A stretch of DNA of 64,000 bases from a virus, in IMG/VR virus record IMGVR_UViG_3300037258_000514, positions 64,001 through 128,000 of that record. One strand, given 5' to 3'. This document shows positions 45,676 to 57,272 of this stretch, in pieces; the first letter of the stretch is position 1, and each line of letters opens with the position of its first letter. The position numbers and the translations under genes were made by a program. The notes below the pieces were generated by a model. The model was not told the DNA's origin and ran no database searches. It saw only the letters and a list, made by a program, of their open reading frames with translations.

Positions 45676-47165
45676 GCTCTTACTCTCGCCCTAATTTCAT
45701 CAAACGTCTGCTCAACCAAAAGATTACCATTACTGAACACCTTTCTAAAAGCGCACGCGTCAAGTGCTGCTGGGTTAGCTCCTTGCTCAACGTAATAACC
45801 GGGGTTAGCATCATCGGGTCTCGTTCTATATACAGCAGGAATTCCTTTGTGTGATTTCTTAAAATCGTGATCTGTGATTGGGTTTTTGAAAATAGCTTGT
45901 ACGCCTTTCTCTGTTCGTACTGCTGTTGCTTTCATTGCCCAGTTGTAAGTGTCTCTGGTGACGTATTCGTAAGTATACGAACCGATACCAAATACCAAGT
46001 TGTACGGCGATAGTTTTAAGTCGTTTACTGTTCGATCAAGGATCGCAGAAGCACGTTCAACAGAAATTCCGTCTCCGTAGATTACACCAGCCTTGTTGAT
46101 GAGAGGAAGTCCTTTTCTGTTTGAATCTGTGCCGAGTACCATTGCAAGCAATTGAAGTGCTCCATAGTGGGCAGGATGATGCGCCAAATACAACGGGTAG
46201 TCTGTATTTGGAATGTCAATATCCTTATCACCACAAACAATCTTAACAGGATCGCCTGAATCCGGACGGATAACAAGTTTGCCATCTCTTGCCAAGATCT
46301 CTGGTTTTAATCTTTTAACATAATCAGTGATTACTCTCCAGAGATCCCAAGTGTCAGATACAATCGACACAATTCCTGTTGGATATACATCCATGATTAG
46401 GCGACGAAATGTTTCGAATTCTTCATCCTTACCACCAGCGCACATTACTGAGTGTTCAGTTGCAGGAACAGAGCCTCCGCAGCTAAGATTTGCACCATAA
46501 AATTCTTTCGCTGCTAAGATTGCAGGAATGGTATCCGTCCCATTAAAACTTAACAGGTGACCCATACCTGATAGGATTGCATCTTCATAACCCGACATAC
46601 CTCTATAGCTAAAGTCATGTCCCATCCAGTCAACAAAACCAAGATCAGTTTCGCCAGCCTTAGTAGCATACTCAACAAATAACTTTCTGAAACGCTGTGC
46701 CGTTGTTGCAGAAGTTGAAGGCTTCCACAACACGTTAGACATACACGTTTCAAGGAAGTTAGGCAACCAGAAACAGTTCTGATCCGTGTTTGTAATAACA
46801 AGTGCAGGACAACCAAGCGGGACTCTTGCTCCTTCAGGTAAAGCGTAGATATCAATTGGCAAGTATCCTAAATCGTGCAGATATTCAATGTGATCTACTT
46901 TTGGATTGGCTATGCCAAGTGTTGCTTTGATTAACTCTCTGTATTCAGAAAGTACCTCAGCTTTAGGTCGTTTAAAAAATCCTTCGTTCCAACCTTTCTG
47001 TAACCTGTTCTTGATAAAGTATTGCAGGCCAAAGAACACCGTATATTTCTGGTCAAGAATACGGCTTGAACGTGGCGTCCAGTTAGACCAGATTTGCTTT
47101 GTGCCTTCAGGATATTGACTAACGTGTCCTACTTTGTAAAAATCAATTTCAAACAGTGGATTCAT
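45672..47165 (-). CDS. nicotinamide phosphoribosyltransferase-like protein (NARP1 Namat-type)
   Basis: DFYKVGH..QYP, FFGLQ, HDFSYRG, SVPATEHSVM, SIVSDTWD, VIRPDSGDP, IYGDGI. Confidence 0.9.
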   Translation of the reverse strand: MNPLFEIDFYKVGHVSQYPEGTKQIWSNWTPRSSRILDQKYTVFFGLQYFIKNRLQKGWNEGFFKRPKAEVLSEYRELIKATLGIANPKVDHIEYLHDLGYLPIDIYALPEGARVPLGCPALVITNTDQNCFWLPNFLETCMSNVLWKPSTSATTAQRFRKLFVEYATKAGETDLGFVDWMGHDFSYRGMSGYEDAILSGMGHLLSFNGTDTIPAILAAKEFYGANLSCGGSVPATEHSVMCAGGKDEEFETFRRLIMDVYPTGIVSIVSDTWDLWRVITDYVKRLKPEILARDGKLVIRPDSGDPVKIVCGDKDIDIPNTDYPLYLAHHPAHYGALQLLAMVLGTDSNRKGLPLINKAGVIYGDGISVERASAILDRTVNDLKLSPYNLVFGIGSYTYEYVTRDTYNWAMKATAVRTEKGVQAIFKNPITDHDFKKSHKGIPAVYRTRPDDANPGYYVEQGANPAALDACAFRKVFSNGNLLVEQTFDEIRARVRA

Positions 47166-47793
47166 ATTTTCCTTTTACCACGAATTGTAAAAACGAATTA
47201 GCTTGATATCTTTCGGAAGTTTCGAAAGGTTTACTTCGTAGCCTTTACCGTTATCGTTATGCCATTCTTCTAAAGCGCCTACTTTTGCGAGATAGGCTGA
47301 GTTGAGGATGACGCCTCCCTCTTCAGGAGGTTCGTACTCGAAAAATTTCAATACATCAGTCGGTTTCTCAACTCCTGCTGCAGTACATGCATCCCATACT
47401 GCCTTCATCTTCTTCCATTTCTCGTCTGCAGGACGAAAAGCTACAACTGTAGTAGACATACCCATCTTGTTTTTAAAACCCTCCAAACTACCCTCTCGAT
47501 AATTTGAGAGGGCAGGCGTGCAAGGTTTTATGCCATTCGACGCAGCTTGGCCCAACGAGCTTTCTGAGCCATACTGATGCGTTTACGTCCAGCAGCAGAG
47601 AGCACACGTTTAATTTTCTTAAACGGAATAACACGTCCTGCTGGTGGATGTACTGTTACATGCATGTTAACACTGTTTTTGGTAGCTTCGTCAAAATCAA
47701 GTTCAACTCGGACTTTTGAATTTTTCTTGCTACCATGTTCAAACGACTCGAAGAACGAAGCGATTTCGTTCATGTAGCCTTCCACGATGATTT

Positions 47794-48927
47794 TCATTCT
47801 TTGCTACTAACAGGCGTTGGAAACGATACAGTTTTACAACGTGCTCCTGTTAATGTTCCTACTGCTGCGATGTAGCTATCCATCGTAGTAGCATCAATGT
47901 CGTGTTTCTTTTCAAGAAGAGCAACTACCTTGTAAGTCTTCTTAAGTTGTTTTGCTACTTGACCGATCGTTAATCCGGCAGCTTTTCGCATAGATTCAAG
48001 CGCGCGGTTGTCTGTTACTTCAGGTCCAACACTCACAAGTTCGTAGCGTTGAACGAGAGTTTTCAAACGAGCATAAGAAGATTTGATAAGTGTTTTTGTG
48101 CTCATCTTCTTCTTACGGATATCACGCTTTACTGTCGGATGAGCAAGGAGCATCTTAATCATGTCCTTGCGATCCTTCTTAACCTCGACCACAAGTTTTT
48201 TCTCAAGTTCAGAATAACCTTCATGCTTGAAGATATGCGTGTCTTTGTCGCCTAGTTCCATCAGTACTTCGTATCGAAGTACTCTAATCTTTCCTGATTG
48301 CGCTGAAAGTACATCACGCGGATTTGCTTTTACAGCCATCGTTTTCTCTCCATAAACTCCATACTGTTTTGAACAGATATGGAATCCAGAAGAGCACTGT
48401 GTATACCAATGGGGATCACCCTCTTTACGAGGCATCATGATGATCTGTCCTGGGCTGTTGTCAACTGTCTGCGAATGCGTATCCATGTTGTTACGTTTTA
48501 CTGACTTGTATGCAAGAAAGTGTCCATCATCTGTGATTGGTAAGTCGTTGTTAACAAGCCAATCATAGAATTCTTTAATTGCATGTGGTTCAGGATTCTG
48601 ATACAAGTTATTCATGAAGCGAATAAGATGACTTACGTTCTTTCGCCCCTCAATCATATCCAAAATTCGTTTACTAAGCGAATTGTGAATCTCTTTGTCT
48701 TTGTAAAAGACTGCGTCTTTCTTCACAGTCACAAGTCCATGAGATTCGACTGAGATATTTTCTGCAAGCGTAACTAAGCCCGGAATTTTTTTCCATTCCT
48801 TAGCTTTGATTGCAGCTTTCATCTTCTTAAAAGTTGGATGAGACTCTTGCAATGCGAAAGGCTTACCTCCAACAATTACTTGGATAAAGTTATCTTTCAA
48901 AACAAAGGGAATAGTTTTAGTTGGCAT
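47794..48927 (-). CDS. rIIB-like protein
   Basis: FMNNLYQNP...ITDDGHFLAYK.V...MPR...CSSGFH...NPRDV; adjacent to rIIA-like gene. Confidence 0.8.
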   Translation of the reverse strand: MPTKTIPFVLKDNFIQVIVGGKPFALQESHPTFKKMKAAIKAKEWKKIPGLVTLAENISVESHGLVTVKKDAVFYKDKEIHNSLSKRILDMIEGRKNVSHLIRFMNNLYQNPEPHAIKEFYDWLVNNDLPITDDGHFLAYKSVKRNNMDTHSQTVDNSPGQIIMMPRKEGDPHWYTQCSSGFHICSKQYGVYGEKTMAVKANPRDVLSAQSGKIRVLRYEVLMELGDKDTHIFKHEGYSELEKKLVVEVKKDRKDMIKMLLAHPTVKRDIRKKKMSTKTLIKSSYARLKTLVQRYELVSVGPEVTDNRALESMRKAAGLTIGQVAKQLKKTYKVVALLEKKHDIDATTMDSYIAAVGTLTGARCKTVSFPTPVSSKE

Positions 48928-51283
48928 AGATATTCTTCTTCTCCTCAGGAGTTACTGTTGTTTCTTCTGCGTTGTTGTTCGCAATAGCAAAGGCTAACGT
49001 TACAATTTCTTCGTTAGCTTTGCGATCAGCATCTTCATCTTTCAGACGAATGTATTCAATTACAGGTTCTGCAGCGAAAGAGTACAAGTACGATTCCTCT
49101 ATTATTTGTAGTAATGGATATTGTTTTAATATTTTCCTCCACTCCTCCTTAAAGTTAAACGCGTGTTTAATCTCAAATTTCTTTAAACGTGTTGCATTTG
49201 CGATTACGATTGCAAGCCCTTTAGGCGCTTTTCCAACTGTAATGACCAGTGAACAAAACGCTTGCATGGGACTATCTTTTGGTAGCATTTGATTGCTGCC
49301 TATCGTTTTAAGAATTGGTAAGAGCTTAGTTTTGAATGGATAGACATCAAAACTGAGTGATAGTTCGATCTCACGAGTGATAACAGAAGTAGTTTTGTCC
49401 AAAACCAGATTAATTACGTTAATCCAATTCGGATCTTTTACAAGTTGGCTGCTCTCATTAAAACCGTAAATCTTTGTCGTGTCATCAATCCCGAACAGTT
49501 TTGATGTCTTTGCTGCTTCGATAAACGTATTAAAATCTTCTGCGAACTCAAAACTTCCATCACTCGGTTTTAAACTTTTTAGAGGAATGTAATAGTTCTT
49601 TCCCTCTATTGGTTTAGTAGCTATGTCGATCGGTTCCCAAGCATTTAACCATCCTGCGCGTTCGTATCCATCGTTAAATTTCGCGATGTCATTTTGTTTG
49701 TTGAAGTATAAAATATCTCTATTTACTGTCTCGCCTTGAGGGATTACAGGATCCATTAGCGGTTTGTATTTCGCTTTAAGCGCGCTTAGCAAAACATACG
49801 GTGGATTACCTAATCCCGCAATTATTGTTTTAGCATCTCTTAGCACGCGCTCGATAGGCACATCTTTTCGTGTACGTACGATATGATAAATAGTTTCAAT
49901 TTTACCACCGTACGCAGATCTTTCGAGATATTGCGTGTTGTCCGCTGCGTTTTGAAGTAAGTAGTGTATGTAACGTTCACCGCCGCGCAACGTATCATCA
50001 ATAACAAACAATACGTCGCTTCCAACTTCGATTTGTCTATCGTAATAAGTTTTCTTGCGATAGTTTAAATCTAAATCTTTCTGCGCACTAACTCTACCTT
50101 CGGATGCTAACTCAAAAACTTTTTCCTTCTTAGCATCTGATCTACTTCTACTGCTTTTTGTAAAAACATTTATTTTAACTTCGGAATAATCCAACTCATT
50201 TACTGAGACTTTTCCGTGAGTTAAAGTAAAGTTTGGATATTGACCATCGAACACCCCGCTGTCAATTGCACTTTCATACAATGCAGCTATATTAGGCGTA
50301 TTCGTCATTGTGAATAAAAGAATCATGGCCTTCCAACTACAATCACACGCCGCAATTTGCTTCTTAGCGTTATCTATTAGCTCAGCGTTGATCTTGTCAT
50401 AAGCTTTCAAGATATTTGCGATCGTTCTATCATCATTGCTTAGTGTTTCTCGCGAAGCTGCAACAGACAACTCACCAATTGGAAAGAAGATATCAATAGG
50501 CAAATTGTGAATTGTTGCTTGCATGAGAGACATTTTGCTAGAGTCAATACTTCCAACTTTGTACTTAACCATGCCTTGAATTGCACGAATACCTGTAACT
50601 CCGAGATATGAGTTACTTCTTAATCCCCAGGATTCATTTTTCTGTAAATATTCCGTTTTTTTGATATGGATCTCACGGTTAATTGTTGGAGTAGGATTAA
50701 AAAACTCTAATACACTTTCAGTGTTGTTTTGAAATTCTCTAATATCACCCTGCTTAACAGGAAATGAAACCTCCAGTCCGTTTTGTGCATCAGGAGTATC
50801 TTCTTCAGTTTGAAGAAGTATTTCAGGCGTACCCTGCGATCCTAAGAATGCAGAGTAAACGCGAGTCTTCCCCTCAAAGCGACTAATAACTGTAAACCCT
50901 TCTGTGTAGCAGAAAGGACTCTTACTACCTAATCCTAGTGCTCCAACAAAAGCGTTTGAATTAGATTTGTTAGTTCCGAAGTAAGTTGTATATAGATCAA
51001 GAATGTCTTGATGCGATAAACCTACTCCGAAATCCTTTACTGAGAAGAAAGGTTCAAACGTTGTGGGTAAGTGCAGTTCAAAAGGAACTTCCTTCCTTTC
51101 TGCTGCAACATGGGCGTCGTAAGCATTACAACTCAGCTCACGAATAATTGCTTGAATCTTGTTGTTATATAGTCCTGATGAAAGAATCGAGAACGCTTCT
51201 TTCGAAGCGGCGATTTGAAATGCTTTCGGTTGTTCGATTGCATCTCCAAGTTCAACAGAACTACTTGTTGTTTGCATTTTCAT
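48917..51283 (-). CDS. rIIA-like GHKL ATPase
   Basis: AFSILSSGLY, IRELSCNAYDAH, DFGVGLS, GALGLGSKSPFCY, SRETLS. Confidence 0.9.
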   Translation of the reverse strand: MKMQTTSSSVELGDAIEQPKAFQIAASKEAFSILSSGLYNNKIQAIIRELSCNAYDAHVAAERKEVPFELHLPTTFEPFFSVKDFGVGLSHQDILDLYTTYFGTNKSNSNAFVGALGLGSKSPFCYTEGFTVISRFEGKTRVYSAFLGSQGTPEILLQTEEDTPDAQNGLEVSFPVKQGDIREFQNNTESVLEFFNPTPTINREIHIKKTEYLQKNESWGLRSNSYLGVTGIRAIQGMVKYKVGSIDSSKMSLMQATIHNLPIDIFFPIGELSVAASRETLSNDDRTIANILKAYDKINAELIDNAKKQIAACDCSWKAMILLFTMTNTPNIAALYESAIDSGVFDGQYPNFTLTHGKVSVNELDYSEVKINVFTKSSRSRSDAKKEKVFELASEGRVSAQKDLDLNYRKKTYYDRQIEVGSDVLFVIDDTLRGGERYIHYLLQNAADNTQYLERSAYGGKIETIYHIVRTRKDVPIERVLRDAKTIIAGLGNPPYVLLSALKAKYKPLMDPVIPQGETVNRDILYFNKQNDIAKFNDGYERAGWLNAWEPIDIATKPIEGKNYYIPLKSLKPSDGSFEFAEDFNTFIEAAKTSKLFGIDDTTKIYGFNESSQLVKDPNWINVINLVLDKTTSVITREIELSLSFDVYPFKTKLLPILKTIGSNQMLPKDSPMQAFCSLVITVGKAPKGLAIVIANATRLKKFEIKHAFNFKEEWRKILKQYPLLQIIEESYLYSFAAEPVIEYIRLKDEDADRKANEEIVTLAFAIANNNAEETTVTPEEKKNIYAN

Positions 51284-52411
51284 TCTTTTTCTCCTCTTCT
51301 ATTTCTATAACAGAAACTTTTGTTTCTGCATCAACAACACTTTTCATTAAATCGTGCAGTTGGTGTTTTTGAGCAGTAAGCAATTCTTTGTTAAGCTGCC
51401 ATGCATCTACTCTATCAGCAACGCTGACAGCTAGTGTTCCTTGTTTCGCTAGATTAACTAATCCACGAAGCAATACTTTGTATTGCTTGTCTGACAATGT
51501 TACTGTGTAGGTTAATTTACTCGTTACATTTGGCATAGTTGTTATTCCGTAGTAAGGCACGTATTTTTAACACGCCCTCTTTTACTTCTACAGCATTCTT
51601 TGTTGAAAGTTCTTCTAACTTCTTTACTATGAAGTTATACGCACCATGTGTGCTTAGTGCTTCTGCAATCAACTTCATAAACTCTTCTTGACATGCTCCA
51701 TCATAAATGATAGGAATGTGTTGATACTTACCTTCACGAAAGTAAAGCCCTTTTCCCCGTGCTTCAATTGTATGTTTCATATCTCATTTACTGTTATTGA
51801 AGCTCCCTCTGCATGTCCAGCAGCCTTTAATATCTTATCTGCTAAACCTGTTGCAAGAAATGTTTCGTACCAGTAGTTAGGATAATGCCCGTTGTGAGCT
51901 TCCTTAACTTTGGCACAGTTAGCGTTCCATTCTCGTGGAGTCTTGCTTGACGACATGAGTGCTACTACATCTTCTTTTGTCATTTAATAAATTCCCGAAT
52001 GTCCTGATGCACGTGCTCGTTGCTTTCTAACCACTCCATAACAATGGTCACACAAGGGAACAAGTCTACTCGAACCTAATGGATAGTGATGTTTCCTTGT
52101 TTTCTTTGGTTTGTGGCAGCGCGCACAGTTTGGTTTACTTGCTATAGTGGGTTTGGTTTGCGTGTTATCTAGTTGCTGCTTTTGAAGGTTCATCTACTGT
52201 CTCCTTTCTTATAACTCCTTCCAGTTTATTGTGTTAACTGCGCTGTGCATTTTAGCTTTCATTGCTTCAGCAACTCTTGTACACTCTGCTTTAGCGAAGA
52301 TTGTAAATTGATCTGCCATCTGCTCGTTAATAACCCAACCACGACTATTTAGTTCTTTAACAAACTCTAAAGCGCGATCATGTACTGTCTTCATTTTCTC
52401 TCCTTTCTATC

Positions 52412-53254
52412 CTAAAGCTTGATTCCTTCTAACATTGAAAGTTCTTTTTCTGTTACTACTACAAAAGTAGAGTTGTTTTCCTCCGCCCATTTTATAGCAG
52501 CGGCAAACTTCGCAACATTTTCTGTTGTTTCTAAAAGATTAAAAGGTTTAATCTCAACTAGTTTCCTATCTCCGTTAGTGTAAGTAACTAAGAAATCTAC
52601 AATGTAAATTCTAACTTCATTGTTAAGTATGTATTGAAGTCGAATTTTATCCTTTTCAAATAAAAGAACGTCTTTTCTTTTATCTAAAAATCTTGTAAAC
52701 GTTCTTTCCCAATTACTCTGACAGAAAATATTACCGCCTTTTACTGTTATTTCTACTGATGATTTTGCTTTGAAACGATGTTTTTGCGGGTTTGTTTTTC
52801 CTTGACTTATGTTTTCAAGACAAGAATTACTAAGCTGCTTCCTTAAACTCTCAGGCCATGGATGCATAATCTTTCCCGGTTTTTTGGCTATAGCAGCCCT
52901 TATGCTAGCCGAAAGAAGATTTTTTATTGCAGAAGCTTTTTCTTTACCATATTGTTCCTCAAAACTTCTGCCTTTCTTGTTATTTGGAGGATGCCATGCT
53001 CCAGAAGCAATTAAATTCTTCTTTGATTTACTCATATTCTTCTTATTTTCTTCTGTTGGCTTCCAACCTTTGTTTCCATGTCCTCCTCTATTTTTATCGC
53101 CAATTTTAATTCTAGCTTCGATAGAGACTTTATGGCCAAGAAGTCCTTCGCTTATATGAGTACGATGAGCTTCAGAACACTTCTTTCCTTTTCGAGAAAG
53201 GCTCATTCTCTCTTTCCAAAGAGCGTAAGCTTCGGGATTTTTCGGGGCAGGCAT
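52412..53254 (-). CDS. homing endonuclease: NUMOD3 repeats + TnsA-like PD-(D/E)xK domain
   Basis: SEAHRTHIS and TEENKKNMS repeats; QSNWE...YIVDFLV...LVEIKP...KF.AA. Confidence 0.8.
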   Translation of the reverse strand: MPAPKNPEAYALWKERMSLSRKGKKCSEAHRTHISEGLLGHKVSIEARIKIGDKNRGGHGNKGWKPTEENKKNMSKSKKNLIASGAWHPPNNKKGRSFEEQYGKEKASAIKNLLSASIRAAIAKKPGKIMHPWPESLRKQLSNSCLENISQGKTNPQKHRFKAKSSVEITVKGGNIFCQSNWERTFTRFLDKRKDVLLFEKDKIRLQYILNNEVRIYIVDFLVTYTNGDRKLVEIKPFNLLETTENVAKFAAAIKWAEENNSTFVVVTEKELSMLEGIKL

Positions 53255-53258
53255 TTTT

Positions 53259-54902
53259 CTAACCTAAAGCCTGATCTATCATATCTTGCTTTTCGATGAT
53301 TCGTTTCGCCATGTTCGCGTCTAAACTTTGATCGAACACAATATGAAGAACGTTAACAACGTCCTTCTGTCCAATTCTGTGTAATCTATCCTCAGCTTGT
53401 GTAACCATTGCAGGTCTCCAGTCAAGTTCACAAAGAATAACGTGACTTGCAGCAGTTAACGTCCAACCAACACCCATTGTACCAATGGAACCAATAATCA
53501 TTTTACACTTAGGATCTTTCTGAAAGCGATCTACAGCCTGTTGTCTTTGTTGAATGCTATATCCTTGGTGCATAACGCTGGCAACGTTTTGAAAGTGTTG
53601 ATAAATTCCGTTAACAACGTCTCCATGATGGGCAAACACAACAATCTTGTCAACTTGTTCAAGTGTGTTGGTTAAGTAATCAACGATAAAAGGAATTTTT
53701 GCTACAGCAGTATCATGTCTGAGTTTACTAATCTCCTCAAACATTATCTGATGAAGTCCTTTTAAATCTTTCGCTGCTTCATCGTAACTTTCTTTATCAC
53801 CTTCTGATTGAGCAATCTCAGCTTTCGCGATTGCTTCAAGCACTGCCGATTCGTTATTGGCGTAAAAATTTATTTCCTTCTGAACTTTACCTCTTACTTC
53901 AGGAGGAGCGGGAATGGCGATGATCTGTCTACGCTTTGGAGGAAGTTCTGTTAAAACGTCTTTCTTTAAGCGGCGAATCATTATACTAGCACGAAGGCGT
54001 TCTTGAAGAACGTCTAAGTTAGTGGCACCATCAAACGTTCTATAACCACTATCTCCATCCGCTCCACAGAATTTTTTCGCATACAACCAAAAATTTCTTC
54101 CAAGTCCCTCAGCATCTGCAACGCGGAGCATAGGCCATAGTTCAACAGGGCGATTTAGAATCGGCGTACCTGTTAACCAGAGTTTCTTTTTAGCCTCAAG
54201 TACACGACAGTTTTTAATATCACGTGTGTCTTCATGACCAAGAACCGCCATTGTTCGTTTAGCATCGGGATTCTTCATTAAGTGCGACTCATCGTATATG
54301 TGTAAGTCCCATTCTCTATCGAGAATTTTCGATTTTAACTTCGAGATGATTTCATAATTCGCTAACACGATATTCGAGTTAGGTAAGATCGTAGATGAAG
54401 CAAAGTCGCCTGATAAATTTCTTGTCATCCACTTCATGAATTCTCTGCCCCAGTTAAGCAACAGACTTGCAGGGCATACAAGTAGGATGTTTTTAATTTG
54501 AGGTAAAGCATTACATACACCAATCGCCTGAATTGTTTTTCCTAAGCCCATTTCATCAGCGATTAATGTATTTATTCTTGGTAGTGCATATTCGATTCCT
54601 GCTTTTTGGAAAGGAAGATAAGCAAAAGGTTTTCCAGTATCAGGATCAATTCCGTCAGGTACAGGAATTGTTAAATCTGAAGATAGTGCTTTTGATAAAG
54701 CTATCTGCTGATCGTGAAAATTTAATTGAGCTTTTGCCGATGTATCTGCAATATCTTCAAAGAGTTTTGCTACATGGGTCATGCCCGTCCACCAGACCTT
54801 ACTTCTAAAGTCAAAGTGAAAGCCTACATCTTTAAACTGACCCTTAAATGCAGGATAACCAGTTATTTCATACCTAGCGCCCGTCCATGTAAGTTTAGGC
54901 AT
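53259..54902 (-). CDS. SNF2-family (SMARCAL1-like) helicase
   Basis: ADEMGLGKT, DESH, LTGTPILNRP.EL, RRLKKDV..ELPPK, QAEDRLHRIGQ. Confidence 0.95.
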   Translation of the reverse strand: MPKLTWTGARYEITGYPAFKGQFKDVGFHFDFRSKVWWTGMTHVAKLFEDIADTSAKAQLNFHDQQIALSKALSSDLTIPVPDGIDPDTGKPFAYLPFQKAGIEYALPRINTLIADEMGLGKTIQAIGVCNALPQIKNILLVCPASLLLNWGREFMKWMTRNLSGDFASSTILPNSNIVLANYEIISKLKSKILDREWDLHIYDESHLMKNPDAKRTMAVLGHEDTRDIKNCRVLEAKKKLWLTGTPILNRPVELWPMLRVADAEGLGRNFWLYAKKFCGADGDSGYRTFDGATNLDVLQERLRASIMIRRLKKDVLTELPPKRRQIIAIPAPPEVRGKVQKEINFYANNESAVLEAIAKAEIAQSEGDKESYDEAAKDLKGLHQIMFEEISKLRHDTAVAKIPFIVDYLTNTLEQVDKIVVFAHHGDVVNGIYQHFQNVASVMHQGYSIQQRQQAVDRFQKDPKCKMIIGSIGTMGVGWTLTAASHVILCELDWRPAMVTQAEDRLHRIGQKDVVNVLHIVFDQSLDANMAKRIIEKQDMIDQALG

Positions 54903-55234
54903 TCTCCGCTTTCTAGAGCAGGTTGATTATGTTTTTGCCAGTATAATTTTGCAAGACCAGCAATACCACCACATCGTAGTTTCTTCATGATGTGTGCCCT
55001 ATGCGTATCTACAGTTTTTTGCGACAAGCCGAGCTTTGTAGCGATTTCTCCATTATTCAAACAATCACGGCAAAGTAATTCTACTATTTCTTCCTCTCTC
55101 TGCGTTAGTCTCTTCGGCGGATTTTGAAGTTCAATGGCAGTTCTGTTGAAGTGCACGGATTCGTCTCCTTTTTCTTTGCTCCTGCAAAGTAATAACTTGT
55201 TGTTCAGGTATAATGCCTTTCTCAACAAGTTCAA
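54863..55234 (-). CDS. LuxR-type HTH regulator
   Basis: LTQREEEIV...EIATKLGLSQKTVDTHRAHIMKKL; true start probably internal. Confidence 0.75.
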   Translation of the reverse strand: MNLLRKALYLNNKLLLCRSKEKGDESVHFNRTAIELQNPPKRLTQREEEIVELLCRDCLNNGEIATKLGLSQKTVDTHRAHIMKKLRCGGIAGLAKLYWQKHNQPALESGECLNLHGRALGMK

Positions 55235-56346
55235 ATTCTACGATTTCAAGCTGAGGAACTTCTGTTACGTTGTCAGGAAGTTTACTATAGAATTGTATGT
55301 CATAAACAGGTGTAAGCAGACGATCTGCATTCCAATTAGATCGTCTTTCAATTTCACGTTTGATTCTGCGCTCCATATTTTTCTTTAATACTGTAGCAGA
55401 CGCTTTGTGCGTATTAAGTGCGGGCGTATCATTTCCCATTAACACTTTATTTCTACTAGAGCGGGGTATAAACTTTCCTGAAGCAGTATATCTTACAACG
55501 AAGCATTTCATAGTTAGTGTCGCCCATACTTAAGGTTAAGTTTTTCGTCAACTTCTTCTACAAATTCCTTTACCATTTCTGCAAGTAATTGCATTCGCTC
55601 GCCTCTATCTGCGCGTTTTGCTTCGCCTCTAATACGCTTATCTAAACTTGACCAGATGTCTACCATAAATCCAACCGCATTAAGATTGGGACGATTTTCT
55701 TTACTCATTAGTTTATGCCTCCTGTTAAGAATAGGATTCCTTTTTCAAACAGTGAATCTTCGCAAACACATACAAAATGTTCGTGAATGTACTGTGTATC
55801 ATCACCTTTTTCGGCACAGATAGCACAGGCTATCGTACCCATAGTTGTAGCAGTAGCGCATTCAATTAGACTAACGTCTTCAAGTTTTTTTACGTGATCG
55901 CACATAATATACCCCGGTCCAACTTTATCATGGCCTGCACAGTAGATGTTAGGGTATGAAAGTGTTTTTTGTTCAGACATTTTACTGCTTCCTTTCTCTG
56001 CTATTACCTTTCTTGAAGTTTTATGTCGTCAGGGATAAACCCTTCTCTCAACCACTGATCGACGATAATGCTTCCCTTTTTGTTGTCTTTTGTTACTATA
56101 CGAAAGCTTTTGTTTACAGCTTTTAACTGCTCTGCTAAAGACTTTGCCATTGCTGGAGTGCAAGGGGCACTGTAAAGAATGAATCCACATTTACAAGCTA
56201 GCCCGGTATCTTTATCTATCTGATAATTTTCACATAAAACTGTATGAAGATCAGATCGTTTTTTGATTACTTCGCTCACGATGTTTACACAACAGTTACA
56301 CTTTCGGCAATGAATTCCTTTGCAACAAGAAGCGCACTCCCAATCA

Positions 56347-56625
56347 CTAGTCATCTAACCTTATTTCACGCTCTTCGTTAACGTTTAGTTTTGGTCTAAG
56401 TTTTGCTTGGTGCACTCTCTCTTCTACTTCTGCGCGTTCTTTAGCAAGTTGCGCTTTAACCTGCTTCTCAATTTTTTCTTTCTTTTGTTTTTCTAATCGT
56501 AGATTACTTTCTCGCGCCCAGCGCGCCGTCGCTGTTCTACAATCTGAGCAGTAGCCCTCTTTGGATAGAAAGACAAGTGATTTAACTGTCTTCGCGCAAG
56601 AACCGCATCTAAGTGCTACTTTCAC
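56347..56625 (-). CDS. hypothetical Zn-binding protein, C terminus REIRLDD
   Basis: CGSC..CSDC; shared C-terminal motif. Confidence 0.6.
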   Translation of the reverse strand: MKVALRCGSCAKTVKSLVFLSKEGYCSDCRTATARWARESNLRLEKQKKEKIEKQVKAQLAKERAEVEERVHQAKLRPKLNVNEEREIRLDD

Positions 56626-56717
56626 TAGTCCTCCAATCTGACTTCGCGTACGTCTAATATTTCTTTCTTCTTCTTTGGTTTTTCGTTCAGAAATTCTTTT
56701 CCTGTAAGCTTAGTCAT
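56625..56717 (-). CDS. 30-aa peptide ending REVRLED
   Basis: MTKLTGKEFLNEKPKKKKEILDVREVRLED*; overlaps the start/stop of both neighbours. Confidence 0.6.
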   Translation of the reverse strand: MTKLTGKEFLNEKPKKKKEILDVREVRLED

Positions 56718-56991
56718 CAAAACGCACCTCACGCTCTGGTTTCTGCTCTTTCGAAACGTTTAGTTGCTCAAGTGTGCGGACTCTTGCCCTTAATCGTTCA
56801 ATATCTTTTTCTGTCTTTTTTACTTGCCATTGGGCTGTATCAAGTGCTCGTGCTAGTTTAACTACATTTGCTAGCAGGTTGTCATATTTTGATTTTACAT
56901 TCCTGTGTACTTTGTTATTACTATACGCCTGCAAGATTATTATTACTGTTAATCCCGCTAGCCAACCTCCGTAAGCAATATTGAAAGTCAT
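56710..56991 (-). CDS. membrane-anchored coiled-coil protein, C terminus REVRFDD
   Basis: N-terminal TM, coiled coil, shared motif. Confidence 0.6.
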   Translation of the reverse strand: MTFNIAYGGWLAGLTVIIILQAYSNNKVHRNVKSKYDNLLANVVKLARALDTAQWQVKKTEKDIERLRARVRTLEQLNVSKEQKPEREVRFDD

Positions 56992-57272
56992 TAATCTTCC
57001 AATCTTACAACACGCATTTCCTCGTCGGCAAGTTGCTTCTCATGCTTATCAACAGCGAACGAATATCCTTGTCCTGTTAATTGCAGTTGTTTTTGCAAGA
57101 TATGCTGACAGGCTTTCCTCTTTTCAAATTCTAACTTTTGGAATTTCCATGCAGGGCAAGTGCATCCAAACACTCCATCTTCGCGTTGACTTACTTTATA
57201 TTTCTTCCCTGAAGTACCAATTACATCCCAGTGTTTTACCCAACCATTCGTGTCTTGAGTCTTATTTTTCAA
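56991..57272 (-). CDS. SWIM zinc-finger protein, C terminus RVVRLED
   Basis: Y.V......CTCPAW...CQHI. Confidence 0.75.
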   Translation of the reverse strand: MKNKTQDTNGWVKHWDVIGTSGKKYKVSQREDGVFGCTCPAWKFQKLEFEKRKACQHILQKQLQLTGQGYSFAVDKHEKQLADEEMRVVRLED

